Shown here in pieces: positions 44,001-62,000 of a stretch of 64,000 bases of DNA. Within the stretch, counting starts at the first letter, position 1. Each line of letters begins with the position of its first letter. Origin of the DNA: Eledone cirrhosa (lineage: Eukaryota). Both the position numbers and the translations under genes were made by a program. The DNA lies in assembly GCA_964016885.1 (NCBI GenBank), contig OZ024742.1:352656001-352720000 (forward strand), given 5' to 3'. The notes under the pieces were generated by a model. The model was not told where the DNA came from. It ran no database searches and saw nothing but the letters and a program-made list of their open reading frames with translations.

Positions 44001-46052
44001 TCAGTGGTGGGGAGAGGAAAGGGGTCGTAGGAGACGGGATAGAGGGGTTAGGGTTGGAGGTGATATGAGTATAGAGGTGACGGCAAGCGGGGAGTGGAGA
44101 GTGTCAAGTTTGTTGTGTTTTATGGAAGTGAGGAAATTGAAAAGGAGGCGATTGAGGCAAAGGATGAATTGGATAACGGATTTGGCGAGGAAAGGGTGGC
44201 AAGTGGAGGAGAATAGAGGTAGGCCTTAGGGAGATCTCGGTGGAGAGAACGGATTTGGGAGAGAGTTGATCGAATGGAGGCCCACATTAGCTGGCGAGAG
44301 GAGCGGCTAAAAATGGACTCAGTGGTGGGGGAAGAGTAAGAAGTGGGGTGAAACTTGAGGCGGAAACGCCGGGGATGAGGTGGTGGTGGGCACAGCGACT
44401 TAAAATGTGATGTGACTGTTGTATCGTGTTTTGGTGATGATGAGGATGGAGAGATGCTGGGAGGATTGGATGCATATTGCGGTGAGAGGTAGTAGGAAGC
44501 GCTTGAGAGTAGAATTGAGCTGGCGGAGAAAATATTTGAGATTGGGCATATTGAAGTACTAGGGTGGGAGTGAAAAAAAGACCTGTGAGAAGAAGTAGGT
44601 GGTGTAAGAAGATTGTACTAGAGGAAAAGTGGTAGAGATTCGTGGAATGTTTAAATGCAAGAAGCAAAGACAATTTCAATCATACGAAAGATTTCCTGGT
44701 GGAAGTTCAGGTCTGCTCCAGGTTGGCATCCAGTTTCGGGGTGAAAATCCAATTAGAAAATCCGACGAATTTTGAGAGGTCCACATAAGCGTTGATAAAA
44801 ATAACAGGTCCATTCATGGTGACATCTCTTGCAAAACTGTTGGTGCTGGCGTTTTGTGTATGATTTGTATTTTAGAAAAGTGGATGATGGAGCGCGTCTA
44901 CCTGAAATGAAAAAAACATTTTGTAAAAAGAGCTATACTTGTGCACGAGCGTAAGCATGTGTGTCTGTGTCTGTGTGAGTTAGTATACGTCCGTACAAAG
45001 TTAAGAAGAAATGTGTGTGTGTATGTGAGTAAAAGACTGTGTGTGCATGTAGGTACGAAGCGATGAGCAAAAGTATGTTAATATAAAGCTGTGTATGTGT
45101 GTACATAGTGTAGTGATGGGAAACATAGCCGGACTGTATTAGTTGTAATAGAAGATGTTAATGATCAAGAGAATGCGATAGGAATCTAGGGTGTGATAAT
45201 GGATGGGATATTAGAGAAATTAAGAGTGGGATGAGTTGAGACAAAGAGGCGTATAGGACCCAAGGCGGTGAATCAGTCTTTCTTCAGTCCTGGTGCGTGA
45301 GGCCTGCGATCCATGATGTAAAATGACACCTAGGACTGAAACATGTATGGAAGAATGACCAGGAGAACAGAAATGACTGGCGACAGAAGTATCTAAATCG
45401 AGTTGTATGTCCCTCACATGCTCCTCAAAACGATCCGTTATACGGCGTCCCGTTTGTCCGATATTTAAAGACCCACACAGGGAACACCGGAGGGCACAGA
45501 CAACGTGGGTGGACGTGAAGTGAAAGAGTGACGGATACGGAAATACCCTTTAGGGATTGTAAGTGTGGTAGGGGAGGAAATGAAGGTACAAGTGTTGCAG
45601 CGGAAACGGGAACAAGAAGGTGAGCCGGGTGGAGTCGTGGGAGAGGACGAGGAGGAACTGCGAACCAGGAAGTCGCGGAGGTTGCGGGCGCGCTTAAAAG
45701 AAGTAACGGTGGGTTTGTAAAAAAGCGAGAAGTAACGGGGGTCAGAAGTGAGGATACGGAAGGAACGGAGGAAATGTCGCTGGAGTGGAGGGGTGATGGG
45801 GTGATAAGTGAGAGGGAAAGAACGCGGTTGTTGGGAGAGCGGCGGTCAGGTGAGAGGGCTGTGGTGCGGTTTCATTTTAACGGGCGCGGGTGAGAGCAAC
45901 TTGGCTAAGGGTGGAAGGATATCCACGCTGGATGAAGGGGAAAGCAATGCGAAGGAAATGGGTTTGGAAATCGTCGTCCTGGCTACAGAACCGACGAAGA
46001 CGGAGGAATTGGGAATAGGGTATGGTGTGTTTGGTGTGGGTTGGATGGGAGG
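41050..46052 (-). mobile_element. Penelope-like element: near full-length decayed ORF (~44680-41770) preceded by a partial tandem copy (44810-46052)
   Basis: LASGLCFIP, IKPADKGGAVVVW, FTLDITSLYT, GVAMGTRM.PN.A, GIY-YIG YVGQTGRRIADRFTEH; 41252-42545 repeated at 44810-46052; degenerate HHR at 41155-41190. Confidence 0.9.
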
Positions 46053-46125
<73 letters not shown>

Positions 46126-46424
46126 AAATAAATTTAATTAAATTTATTTAAGGGAGTCATGTCTGAGACATGCGCCATATCCACCGTAGAATAAGGTCAA
46201 ATATTCGAATGAATAGATCCGAGGAATTTATATCAACTAGAAGTTGATTGACATTTATAATTATTTAAAATGAACACATGAAACAATCACAGGGGATAAT
46301 TTGTAAAGTGTGAAACTCTAGTTAAAATTTAATTAGTTACCTATCTAGCCATGTGTGATTACACACTTTACAAATTATTCCCTGTGATTGTTTCATGTGT
46401 TTATTTTAAATATATATATATATA

Positions 46425-46665
46425 TTTATTAATATAACAGATTAAAGTTTAAGCACAGAATCGCTGCTTTCACCCTTAACGGAATCTTCTGAAACTCTTC
46501 TGAGTTTCAGAAGAGCCCGTTAAGGGTGAAAGCAGCGATTCTCTGCTTTAACTTTAATCTGTTATTTTAATAAATATTTGCTCTACGGTTCTTATATATT
46601 TGATATATATTTATCCTTATCGAGCCCTCTTTGGATTTTAATCTTCACATTTATTATTATTACTA
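46425..46665. repeat. Palindromic element; inverted relative of 40847-41040
   Basis: 46425-46577 is self-complementary around ctgaaactcttctgagtttcag; 46500-46665 is the reverse complement of 40847-41010. Confidence 0.8.
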
Positions 46666-46699
46666 TGTATATATATATATATTTATGCTCCTTTACTCT

Positions 46700-46745
46700 T
46701 TTATGTATGTATACGTACATATATGTATACAGACGTACAGTAGCA

Positions 46746-46779
<34 letters not shown>

Positions 46780-47419
46780 TACAGGTACACATACATATAT
46801 GCACGTATCAGTTCAACTATCTGGCAGAAGGGTATACGGTGCTGATGATAGCTAACAAGCTTGAAACTAGTACATCGTTCCTGTGTCAGCGTTGAACAAA
46901 AAGGTGACGTGGTTGCCTTAACACCGTACGGCATACATTCAGGTTGTTCAGTTTGTTTACAAACGAACAAAGCGGGCGTTATAATAAGCGTCCGCTAAAC
47001 TGATACGTGCATATATGTATGTACGTATACATACATACTTACATTTAAGTAAGTGCCGTACTAAGAGTGAGAAATGAAATTTCGTTTTCATTTTATTACA
47101 ACTTATCGTTTTCGGTACGCCTGACCGACTTAACTCACTCGATATGCAAATTAGGCTGCTCAGCCGTTAATTTTCATAGGGAGAGTATATACTTTCGAAC
47201 GTTCAACTATCTGGCAGAAGGGTATACGGTGCTGATGATAGCTAACACGCTTGAAACTAGTACATCGTTCCTGTGTCAGTGTTGAACAAAAAGGTGACGT
47301 GGTTGCCTTAACAACGTACAGCATAAATTTAGGCTGTTCAGTTTGTTTACAAACAAACAAAGCGGGCGTTATAATAAGCGTCCGCTAAACTGATACGTGC
47401 ATATATGCATGTGTACCTG

Positions 47420-47499
<80 letters not shown>

Positions 47500-47935
47500 T
47501 ATGCATGCTACTGTACGTCTGTATACATATATGTATGTACGTATACATACATACTTACATTTAAGTAAGTGCCATACTAAGAGTGAGAAATGAAATTTCG
47601 TTTTCATTTTATTACAACTTCTCGTTTTCGGTACGCCTGACCGACTTAACTCACTCGATATGCAAATTAGGCTGCTCAGCCGTTAATTTTCATAAGGAGA
47701 GTATATACTTTCGAACGTTCAACTATCTGGCAGAAGAGTATATGGTGCTGATGATAGCTAACAAGCTTGAAACTAGTACATCGTTCCTGTGTCAGTGTTG
47801 AACAAAAATGTGACGTGGTTGCCTTAACACCGTACGGCATAAATTCAGGCTGTTCAGTTTGTTTACAAACGAACAAAGCGGGCGTAATAATAAGCGTCCG
47901 CTAAACTGATACGTGCATATATGTATGTGTACCTG

Positions 47936-48002
<67 letters not shown>

Positions 48003-48050
48003 GCATGCTACTGTACGTCTGTATACATATATGTATGTACGTATACATAC
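46700..48050 (+). mobile_element. Retrozyme-like tandem repeat, three HHRs (46836-46878, 47226-47268, 47742-47784; spacings 390 and 516 bp)
   Basis: acggtg CTGATGA t-agct-aaca-agct-t GAAA ctag TA catcgt in each unit. Confidence 0.8.
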
Positions 48051-48055
48051 ATAAT

Positions 48056-48106
<51 letters not shown>

Positions 48107-48110
<4 letters not shown>

Positions 48111-48688
48111 AGATAAGCAGAACAAGCAAAACTCAAAATAAAATTTTAAATAAATTACAAAATATGACTTAAATATTTACCCACTCCAGTGCTTTTACCG
48201 ATCGGTTTCGCTTCACAAAAAATTAGAAATCCGAGGGACCTCCAATGGAAAAGTAAAGTTCATCAGAGACCATTTTCCTTTCCTAGGGCAAAAAGTCCCA
48301 GAAACCGCAAAATATATTGCCATCTGATAGCTAGTCCAGGATCGATTGAGGGCAAAATTTGACCTGTACTTGAACCAGTCCGTAGCAAAAGCGGAAGTAA
48401 GCATAGACGTGTTGTCCACACCGCCACTAAAAATAGCAGCCAAATAGAACAACAGATTTGTTCTCTACATAACGGAGAATATTAAATGAAGTTAATTGGC
48501 CACGGGTACTAAGTACCCCTGGAACTATATAGGTTGTCTATGATACAGGGTTGTTCAATGGTATTAATTTGACATACCAGAACTATAATATTGAGATAAG
48601 CAGAACAAGCAAAATTCTAACAATTTTTTAAAATAAATTAAAAAATATAATTTTAATATTTACCCACTCTAGTGCTTTTACCGATCAG
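48107..48688 (-). mobile_element. ~480-bp unit plus ~100-bp terminal direct repeat, with HHR motif 48191-48271
   Basis: attgagataagcagaacaagcaaaa...gtgcttttaccgatc at 48107 and ~48590; reverse strand CTGATGA a-ctttac...gtgaag-c GAAA ccgatcgg TA; stem I decayed. Confidence 0.6.
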
Positions 48689-48691
48689 TAT

Positions 48692-48722
<31 letters not shown>

Positions 48723-48777
48723 GTGTATGTATATGTATGTGTATATATGTGTATATATGTGTGTATACGTATATGTG

Positions 48778-48836
<59 letters not shown>

Positions 48837-48890
48837 GTGTGTGTATATATATGTGTGTATGTATGTGTATGTATGTATGTGTATGTATAT

Positions 48891-48936
<46 letters not shown>

Positions 48937-48949
48937 ATATGTCAATAAG

Positions 48950-50367
48950 TGACTTTTTTTGCGCGCGGGGACATAGAAATAATCGGGTTGGATGCCTGAT
49001 CGCGCAGTTAAACCACTTGGAGTGAAGAATCCCTAGCCCTTGTCACAGCATTCTTCTAGGAGAAGGCATCTCAGGAGACTGGGTTAACTCCGACATAAAA
49101 CCTGCGGATCAGTAGTTACCAATGACGTTGATCTTTTCTTCTTTTCGGGTTATAGCTACTGTCACTTCAAACATATTCGTCACGCACTGGCATTGCACGA
49201 GTGCATTAATAATTATTAATAGTGTATTATTATTATTATTTGTGTTACTATTATTATTACTTTTTTTTTAAATTCAATGATGTTCCAGAACAATATAAAA
49301 GAGATAATTGGCAATTTAGATTCTGGAACAAAAATTAATTGGCAATAGGAGCAGGGACCACAGGTTATCACAGCCTGGGCCCGCTTGTCATCGTGCCATT
49401 GTAATAGAGCCAAACAAGGCATTTAGTCTTGGCTGCTGGAACGTACGAACGCTGTTTGACAGGGATTCCTTGGAGCGTCCTGAACGAAGGACCGCTCTTG
49501 TTGCAAAGGAGCTTCGAGGTTACGATCTTGACATCGTGGCTTTATCTGAGACGAGGTTAGCTGGAGATGGTCATCTTACAGAATTTTGTGGAGAATATAC
49601 ATTCTTCTGGAAGGGAAGAGATGAAGGAACCAGAAGATAGGCTGGGGTAGGATTTGCTGTTAAGACTGTACTTGTGAATACATTAGAAAAATTCCCAGTA
49701 GCGATTACTGAGCGTCATATGTCCATGAGAATTTCGCTGGACAAAGGAAGATATGCGACCCTGGTGAGTTTGTATGCTGCAACTATGAATTCTGTCGATG
49801 AAGAAAAAGTGTCCTTTTACCAGGCCTTGAAAGGTGTTTTAAGAAATATCCCTCAGGCAGACAAAGTCATCGTGCTTGGTGACTTTAATGCTAGAGTGGT
49901 AGGGATTTTAACACATGGAATGTAATCGGTAGGCATGGGGTGGGAAAGTGTAACAACAATGGTTTGCTCCTGCTGCAGATGTGTAAGGAACTGGATCTGT
50001 GTGCTACCAACACCATGTTCCAACAAAAAGAACAAATTCAAAACCACATGGATGCATCCTGCATCTAAGGAATGGCATATTTTGGACTACGTCCTAGTCA
50101 GGATGCGTGACAGACAGGATGTGCAGTGTGTTCGTGCTATTCGTGGAGCTGAGTGCTGGACGGACCACCGCCTGGTACGCGCAAAAGTGAAACTAATAAC
50201 TAAACACCAAATCCAGGCTCCTGGTGTTACCCTGCCCAACATATTGAATGCTGCTCGTCTTAAGGATAAAATAGTGAAGAGGACATTGGATGAAGAGATG
50301 CAGGCTGCAGATCTTGGTGAGGATTGGCCGACCATTAAAAAGTCGGTTCATGATGTAGGCAGGCGTG
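48950..50367 (+). mobile_element. 5' part of an RTE-clade LINE (APE endonuclease), truncated by the satellite
   Basis: NVRTL, PERRTALVAKEL..YDLDIVALSETR, YTFFWKG, LVSLYA.T, VLGDFNARV, TWMHP.SK.WHILDYVL, CWTDHRLV. Confidence 0.88.
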
Positions 50368-54901
<4,534 letters not shown>

Positions 54902-54988
54902 ATATATATGTATATGTGTATGTATGCGTATATATGTGTATATGTGTACATGTGTGTATGTGTGTATATGTATGTATGTATATGTGTA

Positions 54989-55039
<51 letters not shown>

Positions 55040-55044
<5 letters not shown>

Positions 55045-57335
55045 AACGAGTAGGACCCTGACGTCTGAGCTCAAGCCGTCTCTACGGCTAATTCTGGACT
55101 ACATGAACATGTTTATCCTGGTATATGAATAGCCGAGCTTCTTAGGGGGTAATTCCATATATGGTAATAGTGATTGACACAAGGATTCGTCAAAAGTTTG
55201 TTGTTGAGACACATAATTATATCATGGCAATTCATGGAGGGAAGGGGTAGCTGAACCTGCCAGTAGAATAAAGAGGGAGAGGGGGTGGAGGAAACCCAGT
55301 CGTGCGTTGATAGTGCCAACAACAGCTGGGCAGGAGGTCAAAGAAGTATACTATCGAGGGGGTGGGATGAAGTCGGAACAATAAATAAAATAATATTGGG
55401 TAAATATATAGAAAAATACCGAGAATGTTAAAAAACAATTAAATGTAAAAAAAAAACAATTTCTGGTTACTATAACCTAAGGACAGCTATCAAGTCTCTC
55501 ACTGGTACTGCTAGACTAAAGAAAGGTTTACTAGGTGGGACGGAATTATAATGAGACCCTATTAAGAGGTATAAGTAATCAACCGAGTATATCTTACGGT
55601 GACGGGCCAACAAGTGGGGGGGCCAAAATACTAAAGAAACTACCACGAAATAATAATTCAGAGTCCCGAGACCAATACGAAATAAAAGTTTCTACCCCAG
55701 GCACAAGGCCAGCAACTACCAATACAAACAAAATAAACTAATACGAAATAATAATTCAGAGTCCGGAAAAAGAATACTAATACTATCTCTAAGGGTGCCG
55801 CCACGATACAAAAATGTCTAGTGCAAACTACATAAATGCTTGTACGGAGTATATGAAAAATTTGATACGGAAAATTAATTCAGAATCCCCCCTCACCCCC
55901 CTAAACAAATAAATACTGATATACGAGAAATTAAAGCAAAGATACCACGAAGAAATATAGAAAGCACGGAAAAGGGGCAGCCATCGGATAAGAATGCAAT
56001 TATCCGGGGTCTAACACATCTATAAAAAGCGGAGTCGGCCAATTCTATCATAGAATAGGGGAAGGCAGTGGGGGTACTGAGGCTACAAAGGACCGAGGGG
56101 CTACCTCGGGTGGGCGAGAAAGTGAAAAGGACGACGACAAAGAAAGAGGACTGGGGTGAAAGGACAAGGGAATGATGGGGGAAGAAGGAAATATAGAGGA
56201 AGCGATAAAAAAAATATAAAAGAAGGTCTTACGTCTACCTTTGCAAGCAGGGGTTGCCCATTACAAAATCGGCAAATCGGGTGTTATAGCCCTAGTCCCC
56301 CCCCTCCCCGTGTCATTATGGGGTTTGATGGCGATGTAAGTCCTACGCAATCTGTGTTTACATGCAGTTACCAGTTCATCTTTCTTGTTTAGGAGTTGGT
56401 CCGTCGAAAACAGCATTTGTAAAGTTTCCTCCGAGCATAAATTGCACGGACGGCGTCCTCCGGTGTAAGATTTGGCTCTGGACAGTATGCTCCAAGTGAG
56501 ATCATAGGTAATATTGTTATCCTTGAGGTCACATATGTGGCCCGAAAGTGTAGTGGCGTGACGCCGGGCCGGGTTTCGGAAGGTATGTCTGTGTTGGTAT
56601 AGCCGGGTCTTGAAGTCACATGCGGTTAATCCTATATAAGCTTTGTTGGAGGTGTCCGTCCTCACGTTGCACTGGTAGATCACATTACGATCGCTGCATC
56701 TGTTGTCGGTGCGGCAAATGGATCCATGAGGTCATTTGCACCTCCTCGTCGGCTCTCCACTGCTATTTAGGTTATTTCTTCCATAGGGGTTGAGTTTTTT
56801 GATGTTAGAGGAGACGTTTTTTTGTGTAAAGTTTGGTGTGGTGCTGTAGGAGAGTTTGATGGTATTTTTGTTAATTATGTTGTGGTAGCGGTGTTGTAGT
56901 GGGAAGTGTTTTTCAATGCGCCTAAATAAGATTTTTTCCCGATAGGATGTCATCTCGGCGTTGTGGGGAGGATTGAACCATATTACATTGCGTGGGCAGC
57001 GGTGTCACCTGCTGGTTCCGCTAATGAAAGCTGGACAGTAGGATATTTCCTCCCGGAAACCACTTCGCCTGAGGGCCTGGTTGGAATAAGGCGAATGTTC
57101 CTTGAATATCTGCTCATTAGTGGACAAACGAGATATGCGGAGGGAGATGTTTTTAACCAGGTTATTGGTGATTTTCCTAGGATGGTTCGACCGGCGGTGG
57201 GTAAAAATGTTCATTTAGTCCAGAATTAGCCGTCGATACGGCTTGAGCTTAGCCGTCGGGGTCGTACTCATTCCTATTACCCACTCTACTACCCTAAGTA
57301 TTGAGTAACTGGTGCGTTATGGTCCACCTGGTTCC
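55040..57335 (-). mobile_element. 5'-truncated Penelope-like element with inverted terminal segment
   Basis: SNHP, RISRLSTNEQIF, VIWFNPP, IKLSYS, IYQC..AYIGLTACDFKTRLYQH, CNLCSEE, CKH; 55040-55115 is the reverse complement of 57205-57275. Confidence 0.87.
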
Positions 57336-57352
57336 TTACCACATTTCCTTCG

Positions 57353-57433
<81 letters not shown>

Positions 57434-57973
57434 GGTGCGCCGGACCGTGTGAGTGTGTGTGTTTGTGAATGTGTCTGTTGACTTTTGGAATATAATTTAA
57501 GAGAAACTTGAAAATAATGGTATGATATGCACTCAATATTTTGAACTGTTCTATAGAATTCTCTAGGCCTTTGTCACTAAGTAGAACCTTAAAGAATTAG
57601 CTTTTAAAGAATTTCCCTTTTCTTTAAATCCATCAACCATGACTGACCCCCAACGATCTTATAGACACCTGAAATCTAGGCATTGTTAGCTTAAGAGAAA
57701 CTTAAAAATAAGGAATGGCACCCCATTCTGAACTTGTTTATAGAATTATTTCTGCCTTTGTTACTCTAAATATAAACGATAGCTTTAAAACATTAGCTTT
57801 TAATGAATTCCCTTTTCTATCAACCAATGACCTCTACCCATCCCACTCCCTACCCTCTCCTACCACCTGAAGAGACCTATAAATACCATATTTAGTTTTT
57901 GATACCCAGATTCCTGATGATTTCTTAAGAATTAAACAGTTCTAGTCCAGTAGAATCTCATCTATATTAAAAC

Positions 57974-58039
<66 letters not shown>

Positions 58040-58154
58040 AAAATTATAAAATTAACTTATTTACTAATAAATATATCCCAACTAATAAATATATATATAT
58101 ATATATGTAAACAGGGAGAAATAGACGATAATAAGGAAGAAACATTTTTTTTTT

Positions 58155-58618
58155 CAATTTATCGTTTTCGGTATGCCTGACCGATTTAACTCACTCAATA
58201 TGCAAATTAGGCTGCTCAGCCGTTAATTTTCATAAGGAAAGTATATACTTTCGAACGTTCAACTATCTGGCAGATGGGTAAACGGTGCTGATGATAGCTA
58301 ACAAGCTTGAAACTAGTACATCGTTCCTGTGTCAGTGTTGAACAAAAAGGTGACGTGGTTGCCTTAACACCGTATGGCATAAATTCAGGCTGTTCAGTTT
58401 GTCTACAAACGAACAAAGCGACGTTAGCGCCGCTAAACTGATACGTGCATATATGTATGTGTACCTGTATGCATATGTATATATATATGTATATATATAT
58501 ATATATATGTGCATGCTACTGTACGTCTGTATACATATATGTATGTACGTATACATGCATACTTACATTTAAGTAAGTGCCATACTAAGAGTGAGAAATG
58601 AAATTTCGTTTTCATTTT
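58155..58618 (+). mobile_element. Single circularly permuted monomer of the 46700-48050 retrozyme-like family; HHR 58282-58324
   Basis: acggtg CTGATGA tagctaacaagctt GAAA ctag TA catcgt; runs from tatcgttttcggta to tgaaatttcgttttcatttt, about one unit. Confidence 0.8.
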
Positions 58619-59069
58619 GTTTCAATTTTTTTTTTCGTTTTTTTTGTGTCTCTCTCTCTCATTTTTCTGAGTTAGAAAATGATTAAAACGAAATATTTTA
58701 CTTTGTGTATTAAGGTATTAGTTGATTTATTTATTATTTAACAATGGCATTTATTTATATATTTATATATTTAATTATTGTCTATAACCGGTTTCTGCAT
58801 TTATATGTATTATCAAATGATAGTGAAATGTATTAGTGTTGTGTCGCACATGTTAAACATAATGTGCAGAAAGAATAATGTTATATACAAACAAGATTTA
58901 AGAAAAAAAGAAAACGGAAAAAAGAAAAAGGAAAAGAAAACGTGCATAATGTGGAACGAAATACGCTTTATAATTTGTCATCAGTAATGTACAGGGTAAT
59001 TGCTGGCTTTGTGTCTAAAGTAGAAACAATTAATGTGGATATAAGTTGTAACGATGAAAGAATGGTATT

Positions 59070-62000
59070 TAACTAATGTATTGGTACGCGATGGTGCCCA
59101 CCCACAGCCCCGCAAGACAGAATGGAGAAGGCGTTTCCTCGGAGGACGGCAAGAAGACGCGCTGGAAAAGCCACTCCAACTCGCGGGGCTCACACCTGCG
59201 GCTGTGCAGCTCAGCGCCTATGGTGGCGAGTAAGGAGGTAGCCCTGGGGCCGAGGACATCAGAAGAATCCACTGCCAGGGGAACGACCGCAAACCTGTCG
59301 GAGAACGACCGATATTTGAGGAGTTTGGCCCACTCAGCCCGACGTGCAGCAGAACCTGGGTCAGTCGCAGACTGCACCAGGTTGCGGCTACAGAGAGTGT
59401 CTGTGCAAGTGGCAGCCAAGACGAGGGGTTTGCCACCGCGGAACGGGAAGATGGTCATGCCATCTGGCCTTTTGCCGTCCCCTCGATCCAGCCCCACCGG
59501 ATCGAGCTGAGAAGGGAAGCCTGCAGCGTCCAAGCCATGCTTAATGACCTCGTTGAGGGAAGTATGGCGTGGAATGCGGACGGCATTGTGGCGACAGGAA
59601 AGCAGGTGGAGACCGGAAGATTCCACGGTGGAACCGCTGCGACATTGGTGTGGCTGGCAGATCCGGTGCCGAGCCTCAGGGAAACGCCGATTCGCAGGCT
59701 ATGTTTGTCTAGCTGCGTGCCAGTGGAGAAGGAGGGCAGAGCATGGAGCCAGGCACCAATATGGGGTTTGGAGGCCGCACGACAACAAGCAAGGCGGTGC
59801 TGGTCGAGCTGGCGCGTTTGACTGCCTGAGGACAGGCTGCACTGGATGGCCTCCAAAGTGCGAGGGGGGACTTGACGTCAACAGGGGAAGAAGGAGTGAC
59901 GTCTACTGGGCTAAGTCCCAGCTGGTCTCACGTCTCACTGGTGGCCTCACGTTCTCTGAACACAGAGGATTATGTTGCGTTTTGAAGAACCATGCTGACG
60001 AGGACGCGGCCCGATGTTACCGACGAAAGATACGCCGGAAAAGCTTATGAGATCGGGAATCGGAGGCCAAAGCCGCCAAACCTGACCGGTAAAGTGGCCT
60101 GTTGCCACCCTATGTCGTCAAACTTGACGTTGCATATCCCCTCGGCTGATGCTCGGATACAAGCTGGGTGGCCGTCAATTGAGCCTAGTCGGCTCGTAAG
60201 AGTCTGCAGCTGTTGAAGCCTGGACCTGATGGTTGAGCGGATGGCCGGCGGGTCGATCGGTGACCCGAGTATGAGGACATCCTCTTTGGCGGTCACCTGA
60301 ACCTGGCGGAGATGGACCGCACGTCCAAGACGGAGGCTGCAAAGCTCGTAGCATCGAGGCTGACGTTCACCACCTCCGACTTGGCCGAGTTGACCTGGAG
60401 GCCGCTTCCCGCCAAGGTAGGAATCACCGATTGAAGGTCTTGGAAGACCGTCCGTACAGGCCCGCCCAACATAGCATCATCCAAATACCAAACGTTGAGA
60501 GGTGCCGTGATACTCCGGACGATGTGGTCAATACCAAGGACGAATAGGAGTGGTCCGAAAGGGTCGTCCTGTTGGAACCCAGTAGCCGAGGGTATGACTG
60601 TATCAGCAGCTAGGAGCATGCTCATGGCTCCATATAACAGATAGACCAACGGGTAGGCATAGGGTGCTCGGCTGAGGCAGGCCTCGAGCAGATGATCCCG
60701 GCGTAAAGAGTTAAAGGCATTCTTCATGTCAAGCTTGACAATGACGTGCCTGGAGTCCCCGGATGCCGGTACCGATGGGCAGCTGCTGAAGAACTGCCTG
60801 ATTGCATGAGAGGCTCCCTCTCAGCCACCGGACACTCCGACACCCAGTTGCAACGGACTAAACTCCCCACCCAGTACTGTGTGTCGGACTTCCAGATCAC
60901 CTTGGCAGCCAACCTCCGGAATACATTGCCCACAGCATTGGGGCCTATTCCACCCCCTTTCTTCCTGAGAGCGGTGAGGCTGACCGAAAAAATGCGGCCT
61001 CGGGCGTTAGGGTCGAGGGCACCATGAAAGAGCCTAGTGGTGAGCGGCACAATTGCCCTCAGAAGTCGGCGACCGGCCTCAGCGGAGAGGCGGGATGTCA
61101 ACTCCTTGAGGTGGCCTGGTCGGAGACCATCAACAGCTGCGCAGCTGCTAACTGTGAAGGACCTGATAGCGGACATGATATTTGCATCAGTAGCCACAAG
61201 GAGCAGGTGGGGGTCGGGAGGGGGTATGGGTCTGAAATCAGTGGGTGGCTCAGTATGTTTGAGCCGCAAAGAAGCCATGATCTCCTCGGTGGGTTGGAGG
61301 ACAGTGTCCTCTGAGGCAACAAATCTGACTGAGGCCGAGACATCACCCATGGTAAGCTTTGCGTTTACCTGGTCACGCAAAGGCTTGGGGATGGCCTCGT
61401 GGGTGGAGGATATGGGGTAACTGAGGGTAGGTGTGTGGCGTCCCTGGGCACTCTTGGAATGGGCGCTCGCCCAAATTACGAGACATTGGTTTTGATGAAG
61501 GCTGCTGTTGACCGGCCGCCCCAGTCAGCGCCAGAGCTGGGGAGGACGAGGGCGAGTGGAGAGAAATAGAACAGCAGCTCCCTGTCACTGGCTCGATTGG
61601 AGTCCAGGGCGCTCTCAATCGAGGAAGCGAGGGCATCGGCTATCGGCACCCGTGCTGCTCTCGGGATCCACCGGAGCCGCCTCAGCCGAGCGATCTTGAC
61701 CAGCGAGGCTCAGGCATCAGGCAAGCTCGCTATCCCATCTGGTGGTGTGCCAGACGGCCGTGGCTGGGAAGAAGTGGGGAAGAGGCAGTTCCTGCAACTC
61801 CACGCTGCGAGGGCATTGGAAGCTCGACGAGTCAAGCCAACAGAGGTGAGGTGGTGGAAGCAGCCGCACCCCAAACAGTTCCGGCCCCTCTTTCGGTTGT
61901 TAGTGGTGCCGCAAGTGCTGCAGGTGTCGATTTGGAGAGGTGGGGGATGGGGCGTGGGCTGGGGGCTGTGTGGGTGGAAGGGAAAGTGTTTGTAAGAGGG

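Noticed and set aside
55115-55165. Possible HHR at the 3' end of the 55-57 kb PLE (minus strand ctaaga...taaacatgtt)
   Set aside because: Both core boxes are mutated and stems are weak; not supportable
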